64,000 nt of DNA from NCBI GenBank assembly GCA_963705105.1, contig CAVPIW010000009.1:96001-160000 (forward strand), given 5' to 3'. The stretch is from an uncultured Nitrospiraceae bacterium. Its GTDB lineage: Bacteria; Nitrospirota; Thermodesulfovibrionia; Thermodesulfovibrionales; Dissulfurispiraceae. Below, one piece after another: positions 46,995 through 55,403 of the stretch. Numbering within the stretch: position 1 is the first letter of the stretch; each line of letters begins with the position of its first letter. The notes beneath the pieces were generated by a model, which searched no databases, was not told the DNA's origin, and saw only the letters and a program-made list of their open reading frames with translations. The position numbers and the translations under genes were made by a program.

Positions 46995-47792
46995 TTAGGA
47001 TGAAGGCACCCTGATTGTGTACCGGTACGGAGGCGTCTTGCCGGTCTGCAGGGCAGGATTAAGATTCCTTATTTCTTTAACGGTCGTGCTGTGCTTTTTT
47101 GCGATTGTTGCAAGATGGATGGAGCTGTCGGTGACGATTTCCCGGTGGGCCTTCTTTTTTTCAGGTTCCGGTCCGTCCGTTTCGATCCCATATCGTTCCG
47201 GGTCGTTTGCGATCGTATAGGCGGCCATGAGGTAGGGCACATACCGCTTGGTAATCGGCGAGAAGCCCCGGGCGGTGTATATGTCCGAGACTCCCCGGAG
47301 CTTGCCGGCCCCCGCATTGTATGCGATCAGGGTGAGGTCCCAGGAGCCGAACATGGAATAGAGGTCCCTCAGGTATGCCGCGGCGGCGTAGGTTGATTTC
47401 ACCGGGTCTTTGCGCTCATCGACATACCGGTCGATCCTGAGGCCGTAGCTCCGGGCGGTGCTCCTCACGAACTGCCAGAGGCCCGCCGTACCCCCCGGAC
47501 CGATGGACCAGGGAGAATATCCGCTCTCGATCATGGGCAAGTAGGCGATCTCTGCGGGGATGCCCTTTTCGCTGAAGATGCCCTTGACCATGTCGATATA
47601 ATGGTATGAATTTTCGAGACGGACCTTGAAGGTCTCGGGGATTTTTTCGGCGAAGAAAACGATGGCCCTGTCGTAAATCGAGCTTGTGTGCTCGGCATGG
47701 CGAACGTCGTGAAGCTCCTGTGCGGCGCCGGCTGCAAGGGGCGTCCACAGGCAGCCTAGCATGAGGCAGAGAGATATGAAAATTTTTGTCAT
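46995..47792 (-). CDS. Lytic murein transglycosylase (MltD-like) with LysM
   Basis: LPMIES, GLWQF, AYNAG, C-terminal LysM-like IA..H.TT..EIR.LNP. Confidence 0.9.
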   Translation of the reverse strand: MTKIFISLCLMLGCLWTPLAAGAAQELHDVRHAEHTSSIYDRAIVFFAEKIPETFKVRLENSYHYIDMVKGIFSEKGIPAEIAYLPMIESGYSPWSIGPGGTAGLWQFVRSTARSYGLRIDRYVDERKDPVKSTYAAAAYLRDLYSMFGSWDLTLIAYNAGAGKLRGVSDIYTARGFSPITKRYVPYLMAAYTIANDPERYGIETDGPEPEKKKAHREIVTDSSIHLATIAKKHSTTVKEIRNLNPALQTGKTPPYRYTIRVPSS

Positions 47793-48089
47793 GGTTTACC
47801 TCCGGATTTAGGACCTGCCGAAGCAGACTGAACTAATTGATACTAATGGATATTAGTCTTGGTGTATGTTTTTCTGGGCATTCTACTATAACCATTCTTT
47901 CCCTCCATGTCAACCCTAAGGGAACGAAGAGTGTCACAAAAATCTCCCTCTCTCGTTTTTTCAGAAATTCACGGGAAGCTATCCGGTCAAGATTCATCTG
48001 GTATAATTTAACTTGTACGGGGACGATGCGGAAACGGCATGTCGGAGAGTTCAGCATCTCACTCGGAAACGACAAGGAGGGACAGACAG

Positions 48090-48503
48090 ATGGGACTTCT
48101 CGATGACATTGTTCAGGGTGCGCTGGGAGGCCGGCAGGGCGGCGGAGAGGGAGGAAGCGGTCTGCTCAATATGGTGATGGGCCTCATCAACAGTCCCCAG
48201 GTGGGAGGACTTGCAGGACTTATAAACATGTTCACGAACAAGGGACTCGGCGATGTCGCCTCGTCCTGGGTCAGCACCGGCGAAAATATGCCCATCTCGG
48301 CGGAACAACTACGTAATGTGCTCGGCAGTGATCAGATCGAACAGATCGCCGGCCAACTGAATATACCCGGTCAGGACGCCCTGAGCGGGTTGACGAGCAT
48401 GCTGCCGCAGGTCGTCGACAAACTCACCCCTGACGGGCAGATCCCGGACGAAGGCGCGCTCGACCAGGGCCTCTCCCAGTTGAAGGAAAAGCTCTTCGGG
48501 TAA
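48090..48503 (+). CDS. YidB/DUF937-family protein
   Basis: GGLAGL...GLGD..SSWVSTGEN.PIS, LPQVVDKLTP.G. Confidence 0.9.
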   Translation: MGLLDDIVQGALGGRQGGGEGGSGLLNMVMGLINSPQVGGLAGLINMFTNKGLGDVASSWVSTGENMPISAEQLRNVLGSDQIEQIAGQLNIPGQDALSGLTSMLPQVVDKLTPDGQIPDEGALDQGLSQLKEKLFG

Positions 48504-48595
48504 GCATTCCGCCGGGCCGGCGAGAATGAACGGCAAGGGATCAGGGGGCATGAGGCAAGCCCCCCTGCCTTTGTTATGCATCTGTGAGGTATTAC

Positions 48596-49954
48596 TTACA
48601 GCACCCCCCGGTAGACTCTGTCGACCTTCCTGAAGATGCCCTCCCAGTTCATGGGTGCCAGGTGGCAAAGGACCGCGCCATGCCAATCGGGTTCGTCGCC
48701 GGCACAGCGATGAATCTGCCTGGTGATGGCTGCGGCAAGGTCTTCGACAAATGCAGGCAGTCCTGACGGGTCGGGCTCGTCAGGGCCTATGAGCGGCGGC
48801 AGTTGAACGCGATCAACGACGCCGAGGACGTCGAGGTCTCCGGGCAGCCAGTGATCCATACCCGGCAGGTCCGTCACGACGACACGGCAGCAGGAGGCGA
48901 GTGCCTCGAGCACCACGAGAGGAAGTCCCTCGTAGAAGGACGGCAGCACGAAGAGGTTGGCCTCTCTGAGCATATGGGCGAGCACCTCCTGGTGCACGGC
49001 GCCGAGAAAAACGACCGACTCGCCGTGCCGGGCCGCCTCCTCCTGTATCACCTTTCCCTCGTCTCCCCCGGCGGATCCGGCGAGGAGCAGTCGAATTTTT
49101 GTTCCCTGGGGAAACCGAACCCTGTCGAGCGCCTCGATCAGCCAGGGGACGCCCTTTGCCCTGCTGATCTTTCCCGCGTAGACGATATCGAAGGTCTTTG
49201 TCTGCTCCCCGTCGGACCATGAAAACTCGGGAGGACAAAAGATGTCGTCCCTGTACCCCGCGCCGACGACTTCGACGGCGTCAGTGCTGATGCCGTAACG
49301 GCTGATGATGCGCTCCCTGTGCTCTGCGTGAAGGGCCATGACCCGGTCGACCCGTGAACAGGCGGGGATCACGAACGGCGCAAGGTGAGGGGCGAGGTCG
49401 AGCTGCCGCAGTTCCGTCCCGTGACATGTCGTCACAATGGGGGTTTCCGGGAAAAGGACGCGCGCAAGGGCCGTCACGAGCCAGAGGTGATGAGAATGAA
49501 TGATGTCTGGGCGGAATTTCTCCTTCATATGCTTCAAAACGCCCCCGAAGGCATCGAGGTAGAGGTCGAGCATGTCCACGGTGAAGGCTGAAAACCGCGT
49601 GCTCTCGTAGGGCATGACATCGCTCATACCTGCCACGGAAAAGGGCAGGTCCGGGCCGCCGAACCTGACTGCATGCACGCGCGATTCTTCCAGGTGGGGC
49701 AAAGCGGGCATGACGGCATCGGCGGGGATGCCCGCGATGACCCTCTGCACGTACCCGGCCCGCGCCGCGTGGTGGACCATGGCCTGCAGATAGACGCCGC
49801 TGCCGGTCTTGCCCGGTTGCTGGGAGAGGAGATGGAGGATGCGGAGGGTCTGCGTCGCGCCGCCCTGCCGGTGCAAGGGGCGCTCAGCGCCTCCCGCATT
49901 CAGGAGGCGCCACGCCGGTGAACCCTGCACAGGCCAGTTAGCGGAGATCATCAC
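48596..49954 (-). CDS. Glycosyltransferase family 4 (GT-B fold)
   Basis: PDIIHSHHL, YAGKIS.AKG, LPSFYEGLPLVVLEALA; start uncertain. Confidence 0.88.
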   Translation of the reverse strand: MMISANWPVQGSPAWRLLNAGGAERPLHRQGGATQTLRILHLLSQQPGKTGSGVYLQAMVHHAARAGYVQRVIAGIPADAVMPALPHLEESRVHAVRFGGPDLPFSVAGMSDVMPYESTRFSAFTVDMLDLYLDAFGGVLKHMKEKFRPDIIHSHHLWLVTALARVLFPETPIVTTCHGTELRQLDLAPHLAPFVIPACSRVDRVMALHAEHRERIISRYGISTDAVEVVGAGYRDDIFCPPEFSWSDGEQTKTFDIVYAGKISRAKGVPWLIEALDRVRFPQGTKIRLLLAGSAGGDEGKVIQEEAARHGESVVFLGAVHQEVLAHMLREANLFVLPSFYEGLPLVVLEALASCCRVVVTDLPGMDHWLPGDLDVLGVVDRVQLPPLIGPDEPDPSGLPAFVEDLAAAITRQIHRCAGDEPDWHGAVLCHLAPMNWEGIFRKVDRVYRGVL

Positions 49955-49960
49955 GACACC

Positions 49961-50788
49961 TCATCCGAATAGACGGCAGTCCGCGCAATGTGCCGCTCTG
50001 CAAATCCCTGCGATGCCCTGGTGGCAGAGGGCGAAATCGTACTTCAGGGGGTCTCGGGGATCGAGGCGCCTCAGGGATTCGGTGATGTCCAAGGCCATTT
50101 TCCAGTCCATGCTCCTCCTGTTCGTCAGGCCGATGCACAGGGCGATCCGGGCGATGTGCGTGTCCAGGGGGATGACAAGTCCATTCTTTGGGATGCCCTT
50201 CCAGATACCGAGGTCGATGTCCCGGTCTCTCACCACCCACCGGAGGAAAAGGCTCATCCTCTTGCAGGTACTGCCGTTTTCCGGCGACGGGAAAAACTGG
50301 AGGAACCCGGGGGGGCGCACGTCCGCTCCATAGACGGCAGAGGTGTCGATCGTGAGAATGGACCGGACGAACCCGGTCATCGCCCTCTCCGTGGTCACGT
50401 CGCCGGGACGGAAATGAGCCATGAAAAGGGCCTCCAGGCTGCCGTAGCTCCTCAGAACCATGGCGACGACGTGAAGGAAGCAGGTGATATCGTCGGTGTT
50501 GTTAAAGCGGTATTTCAGGTCTGACGAGAAACGACGGAGGTCACGGCGGTCTGCGTTCCTCAAAGCCTCATGGGGACTTCCTCCCATCCGGGACAGGATC
50601 GCGCCGACGACGGGCTTGAAGAGATCGACCCTACCGTATGCGAAGGAAGAGGCTATGAATGCCGCGATTTCGGTGTCCGCCCGGTTTGTGTACCGGTGGG
50701 GGAATTCAATGGGATCCTGCCGGAGCCGGCCCTCGAAGTCGAATGTCCTGTAGAGCCTGTCCAGCCGCCGCTTCAGGGACGTGACCGT
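49961..50788 (-). CDS. TIGR02757/DUF2400-family protein (non-canonical start)
   Basis: DPIEFPHRY...EIAAFIAS.FAYG upstream of the first ATG; CKR..LFLRWVVR, D.GIW, IPLDTH, DPLKYDFAL; Cys-rich C-terminus. The 5' end given is an in-frame ACG and is uncertain. Confidence 0.85.
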   Translation of the reverse strand, partial: TVTSLKRRLDRLYRTFDFEGRLRQDPIEFPHRYTNRADTEIAAFIASSFAYGRVDLFKPVVGAILSRMGGSPHEALRNADRRDLRRFSSDLKYRFNNTDDITCFLHVVAMVLRSYGSLEALFMAHFRPGDVTTERAMTGFVRSILTIDTSAVYGADVRPPGFLQFFPSPENGSTCKRMSLFLRWVVRDRDIDLGIWKGIPKNGLVIPLDTHIARIALCIGLTNRRSMDWKMALDITESLRRLDPRDPLKYDFALCHQGIAGICRAAHCADCRLFG

Positions 50789-50794
50789 AACGCC

Positions 50795-51292
50795 CTACCG
50801 GTAATTGACGAACTGGATGTGAATGCCGAAATCCGTTTCCTTGAACTTGGCAATGATCGCCTGGAGGTCGTCGAGCTTCTTTCCCCGCACCCTCACCTGG
50901 TCCTTCTGGATCTCGGCCGTCACCTTGAGCTTCATGTCCTTGATGATCTTGACCATCTCCTTGGCCTTCTCGGTGGGGATGCCCTGCTGGAGCGAGATGA
51001 CCTGCCTGACGGTGTTTCCGGCGGCCTGCTCAATCTTCCCGTACTGGAGGGCCTTCAGGGCGACGCCTCGCTTCACAAGCTTGGTCTGGAGGATGTCGAC
51101 GACGCTCTTCAGCTTAAGGTCATCGTCAGAAATGACAGTCAGCTCGCTTTTTCCCTTGTCAAGCTCGATGTCGCTCTTGCTTCCCTTGAAATCGAAGCGC
51201 TGACCTATCTCTTTCATCGCCTGGTTGACGGCATTCAGGACCTCCTGGAGATCCACAGTGCACGCGATGTCAAAGGTATGTTCTTCCGCCAT
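50795..51292 (-). CDS. yajQ: YajQ-family nucleotide (c-di-GMP)-binding protein
   Basis: FDI...VD.QEV.NAVNQA..EI..RFDFKG, QVRV.GKK.DDLQ, QFVNYR. Confidence 0.95.
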   Translation of the reverse strand: MAEEHTFDIACTVDLQEVLNAVNQAMKEIGQRFDFKGSKSDIELDKGKSELTVISDDDLKLKSVVDILQTKLVKRGVALKALQYGKIEQAAGNTVRQVISLQQGIPTEKAKEMVKIIKDMKLKVTAEIQKDQVRVRGKKLDDLQAIIAKFKETDFGIHIQFVNYR

Positions 51293-51313
51293 TGTCTCCT
51301 CCCTTTTCGATGA

Positions 51314-51499
51314 TCACGCGGTCGGCTTCCGCGACGTTTCCTTCATACTCTCCGCCGTCAATCGCAATAATTCCCGCGGATCGGGCTTGCAGACGGGACA
51401 GAACGGTTCCCCCAGGTCCAGGAGGCACACATGCCCTCATTCCGGACAGCAGATGCAGGCATGGACAGGCTCCCGGCAGACCGGACAGAGATCGGACAT
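51314..51499 (-). CDS. Candidate small Cys-rich selenoprotein (61 aa, UGA at codon 21)
   Basis: MSDLCPVCREPVHACICCPE-U-GHVCLLDLGEPFCPVCK...; Cys motifs continue past the UGA; SECIS-like hairpin; extended -10 element upstream. Confidence 0.7.
51409..51425 (-). promoter_or_regulatory. SECIS-like hairpin
   Basis: CCUCC-UGGACCU-GGGGG beginning 11 nt after the UGA, G in second loop position. Confidence 0.5.
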
Positions 51500-51667
51500 G
51501 ACGAAATTATACCACAGAGAGCGGCCGTGCGGCGGTCCCGCCCCGAGGGTGTTCATTTTCTCGCCTTTTCTTCGATAAATGATAGAGGAGCCTCATGCAG
51601 GCAGCAGGATTAATGCGTCCATGAATAAAACATTTGTAAAACCTATGCCGTTCCGTATTATGATACT

Positions 51668-53749
51668 GTGTGTACCGGTTTATCATCCCCGACAAAAGCA
51701 GGTGCGGTCCGTTTGAACACTGAACTGAATGATATACAATCCCTGATCAGGTCCCTCGCGGAGATCCAGCATACCATCTCGGAGATCGGCGACCTTTCCT
51801 TTGCATCCTACGACAGCCGGGGCGTTCAACTGTTGCCCCCGAGACGTGAAGACCGGTTGACGAGCACCATTCGCTCTCATCCCGTCGGAAGGGAGGAATA
51901 CGACAAGTACATCTCCCAGGGCGTCAAGAGGGCCGTTTTGCGGAAAGAGGCATCCATACTGAGAGGTCCTGCGAGCCAGCATAACATCTTCATCCCCGTT
52001 GATGTGAGTGAAGCACGGTTCGTCCTTGTCAGCAGTCCTTTCTATGTCTCGAAGCAGGATTTTGACGACTTTCTCAGGAGGAGGGGGCGGATCCCCGATC
52101 TTGCGTCGGGAAAGGAGGCCTTCCCCCCGCGCTGCAAGCTGAAGGATTCCGACTCGGCGCAGCAGGTGGCGGTCCACGTCAAGAAGCTCTTCGAGACCCT
52201 CCTGACGAGCGTCTATGAGCGGAACCAGAATTCCAGGCGGTATCTGTGGACGAAAACACTGATCGACGTGCTGCTGAACATGAAGCTGCCCCTGCCGATC
52301 GACGACGCCCACAGAATGATCCTTGACGCAATCCTCTTTCTATTCAGCGTGAACACCGCATCCATCATGGTGAAGAGGGGTGTGCACTTCGAGACGGTCC
52401 TTGCTCTGGGCAGCATGAAAAACGTCGTCGGATCTTTCAGGGTCCACGAGGATTCGCCGGCCCTGGCCCTGTCGGTGAAGAAAATGATCCAGACATCGCT
52501 CGTCAACCCGAAGGAGATCCTCAGCCTCGGACTCGCCGACGAAATCAAATCGGTCCATGTCTTTCCCCTTTCGTCTCACACCTTTCTTCACGGTCTGATC
52601 ATGATCTTCAACTCCAGGGTGTCACGTGACGAAGCGCAGAGCATACTCGAATTCTGCAGGCTCTCGAGCCTGATCCTGAAAAACCTCTCCATCGAAAACG
52701 ACTGCGACCGTTATGTCAACAATCTCACCATGCTCAATGTCGCCGTCTCAAAGATCGACCCCCGGCTCAACGATCCCGCTTCCCTCCACAGGCAGATCGT
52801 GATGACCGCTACGGATCTCCTGCAGGCCGAGAAAGGCTCCCTCATTCTGCCTGAAAACGGGGATCTCGTTATCAAGGCCGTCCGGGGCATCAACGAATGG
52901 CTGACGCATAACATCCGCCTGAAGCCGGGAGTGGGCATTTCCGGCATCGTGTTCAGGGATGGCCGGCCGATGCTCGTACGGAACGTCGACAGGATCGAGA
53001 TACCTGACTACAGACCACGTTTTCACTACCGGAAAAAATCGTTCATCAGCATGCCCCTGCAATTCTCCTCCGAAACGATCGGCGTCCTCAACATAACGGA
53101 CAGGCTTCACGGCGACGAGTTTACCGAACAGGACCTCAACATTTTGAAACACTTCGGCACCTATGCATCTATCGCCCTGAAGGTGTTCAGCTATCACCGG
53201 CTGGCCGAGCAGATGAAGGAACTCTCCATCACCGACCATCTGACGGGCCTTTACAACCGCAGGTACCTCCAGGAGCGGTTCAGTGAAGAGATCCACCGCT
53301 CCGACAGGTACAAGCTTTCATTCTCCGTCAGCCTCATTGACATAGACGACTTCAAGCTATTCAACGACAGCGAAGGTCATCTTGCCGGCGATGGCGTCCT
53401 CCGGGACCTCGCCCACATCGCCCGGGAGAACTCGAGGGCGAACGACGTCATCGCGAGGATAGGCGGAGAGGAGTTCGCGATCCTCATGCCCCAGACGGAC
53501 AGGGACGAGGCCTTCCTCGTGTCTGAGAGGATCAGGAAAACCATCATGGAGACCCTGACCCAGAACTGGAAAAAATTCCCCCGGTCGTCGGTGACGGTCA
53601 GCATCGGCATATCGACCTTTCCCCATCACGGCAAGACTGTCCAGGACATGATCGAAAAGGCCGACCTCGCCCTCTACCGCGCCAAAGCGACGGGGAAAAA
53701 CAGGACCGTCATTTTCGAGGAAGAACTCAGGCGAAGAGAGATTCCCTGA
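51668..53749 (+). CDS. GAF-domain diguanylate cyclase
   Basis: GAF domain(s), D.LTGLYNRR, RAND I-site, GGEEF active site; true start may be TTG at 51713. Confidence 0.92.
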   Translation: MCTGLSSPTKAGAVRLNTELNDIQSLIRSLAEIQHTISEIGDLSFASYDSRGVQLLPPRREDRLTSTIRSHPVGREEYDKYISQGVKRAVLRKEASILRGPASQHNIFIPVDVSEARFVLVSSPFYVSKQDFDDFLRRRGRIPDLASGKEAFPPRCKLKDSDSAQQVAVHVKKLFETLLTSVYERNQNSRRYLWTKTLIDVLLNMKLPLPIDDAHRMILDAILFLFSVNTASIMVKRGVHFETVLALGSMKNVVGSFRVHEDSPALALSVKKMIQTSLVNPKEILSLGLADEIKSVHVFPLSSHTFLHGLIMIFNSRVSRDEAQSILEFCRLSSLILKNLSIENDCDRYVNNLTMLNVAVSKIDPRLNDPASLHRQIVMTATDLLQAEKGSLILPENGDLVIKAVRGINEWLTHNIRLKPGVGISGIVFRDGRPMLVRNVDRIEIPDYRPRFHYRKKSFISMPLQFSSETIGVLNITDRLHGDEFTEQDLNILKHFGTYASIALKVFSYHRLAEQMKELSITDHLTGLYNRRYLQERFSEEIHRSDRYKLSFSVSLIDIDDFKLFNDSEGHLAGDGVLRDLAHIARENSRANDVIARIGGEEFAILMPQTDRDEAFLVSERIRKTIMETLTQNWKKFPRSSVTVSIGISTFPHHGKTVQDMIEKADLALYRAKATGKNRTVIFEEELRRREIP

Positions 53750-53830
53750 CCCTCCCGCCTTTCCTTCCCTTCGCCTTTAAAAGAGGGATAATCTTTGCGT
53801 TGGACCTCGAATAAGACGCGGCGAAGATGA

Positions 53831-53935
53831 CGTACATTTTTCGAGGACAGCCCCGCGGAACCCGAATATATCGTCACCGTCCCGGGCGTCGGATACATGC
53901 TCCGGGATCAGACTGAACAGGAGGCGCAGGAATGA
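53831..53935 (+). pseudogene. C-terminal remnant of an OmpR-family response regulator
   Basis: Frame reads FEDSPAEPEYIVTVPGVGYML with an upstream in-frame stop and no start. Confidence 0.65.
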
Positions 53936-54294
53936 TCTACCTGGTCGTCCGCATTCTGGCCAATGCAATCGCCATCAGTCTCGCCGTCAAGCTCATCGAC
54001 GGCATTACCTTCACCGGACCGTGGTGGAAGATGATCGTCACCGGCGCCGTCTTCGGGGTCGTGAACGCCCTCATCCGCCCTATCGTGAAGCTCTTCACCT
54101 TTCCCCTGATCATTCTCACCCTCGGGCTCTTCACGCTCATCGTCAACGCACTCATGCTCGGACTCACCGCCTATCTCTCCGATGCCTTCGGCCTCGGCCT
54201 GTCTGTTGCCGGGTTCTGGCCGGCCTTCTGGGGGGCCCTCGTCATCAGTATCGTGAGCTTTCTGCTCTCTCTCGTCACAGGACGCGGAGAATGA
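53932..54294 (+). CDS. Four-TM 'phage holin family' membrane protein (YvlD/DUF360-like)
   Basis: GVVNALIRP...P.IILTLGLF.LIVNA motif. Confidence 0.88.
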   Translation: MIYLVVRILANAIAISLAVKLIDGITFTGPWWKMIVTGAVFGVVNALIRPIVKLFTFPLIILTLGLFTLIVNALMLGLTAYLSDAFGLGLSVAGFWPAFWGALVISIVSFLLSLVTGRGE

Positions 54295-54455
54295 CGGCAG
54301 AGAAGCCAGTGATATTTGTTGACATTTGCCCATAAATCTGATATCTGATAAATACGGACAAGGGCGGGACGGCTATACCGGAATTTTCAGCACCGGGAGG
54401 CCGTTTCCACGTGGCGCGTTCACGATAACCATGCTCCTGGAAAGAGGCGACGGCA

Positions 54456-55403
54456 ATGAATTTACTGAAAGAAGCTGCGAAATTCATCGGCTGGCTTTCG
54501 GGTTCAGTCGCCGGAATCGTGGCGCTTCTCACCGCCTGCGGTTATTTCATCACAATGGCCAACCTTCATGTCCTCGGTTTGGACCTTCTTTTCATAGACT
54601 ACAGCGCCGAATTCTACATCCGGAGGGGAGGCCATTTTTTCCTTTTCGCGGCGCTCGTCCTCCTGGAGAAGGTGTTCCTGCCCCTTCTGACGATCATTGT
54701 CCCGGCGGTTTCGGCGGTATTTCTTGTCTTTCTCGCGGTGCGCCGGAGGTCATGGTTTCAGCACCTCCGAAGCCGTTTCGTTGGTACGCAGAAAAAGGCG
54801 GGTACCTGGACGACGGCCTGCAAAGTGTTCGTGTACATCCTTCTTGTCGTCCTCTTTGTTTACCAGCTCGCCGGCAGACTCGATCTCTTCGTGACGCCCC
54901 TGAGCATCTCCGGCGTGCTCTACAGCGAAGACATGACGGGGGGTTCACAGGAGGAGAGATTGATGAAAGAGTGGATCGTGAAGGGCGAGACGTCAAAACT
55001 GAGAATGCATTTCTCTGATGTCCTCATATCCGTCATCCTCGCGGGTGCCCTGCTCCCGGTCGCCTGGTGGGCTACCTCCGGCTTCAGATTGCGGGCTCTC
55101 CTCATTGCGCCCTTTGTGATCATGTTCCTCGTCTACCTTTTGCTCTTTCCACGGGTGTATGGTGTCCTCATTCTTCCCTGCGAGTTTGCGCCCGTCGTCA
55201 TCAGCACAAAGGACGAAATCCCTGCGGGCCGGGGTTCGCCTTTATACCTCATCAACAAGGGAGGAGATGATTTCGTTCTGTGGAATGCCAAAGAAAGAAA
55301 ACTCCTCTGGATTGCGAAGGATGAAGTGAGAACGGTTGAGATCGGCCGGAGCAGGTCCATCTTGAGAGAACCGGACAGAAACAGTGAGAAGACAGGAAAG
55401 TGA
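54456..55403 (+). CDS. Hypothetical polytopic membrane protein
   Basis: 315-aa ORF with RBS and several TM segments; GTGA overlap with next gene. Confidence 0.75.
   Translation: MNLLKEAAKFIGWLSGSVAGIVALLTACGYFITMANLHVLGLDLLFIDYSAEFYIRRGGHFFLFAALVLLEKVFLPLLTIIVPAVSAVFLVFLAVRRRSWFQHLRSRFVGTQKKAGTWTTACKVFVYILLVVLFVYQLAGRLDLFVTPLSISGVLYSEDMTGGSQEERLMKEWIVKGETSKLRMHFSDVLISVILAGALLPVAWWATSGFRLRALLIAPFVIMFLVYLLLFPRVYGVLILPCEFAPVVISTKDEIPAGRGSPLYLINKGGDDFVLWNAKERKLLWIAKDEVRTVEIGRSRSILREPDRNSEKTGK

Noticed and set aside
53932..54294. Prophage suggested by a holin-like gene
   Set aside because: This family is common in chromosomes, and no phage structural, lysin or integrase genes are nearby
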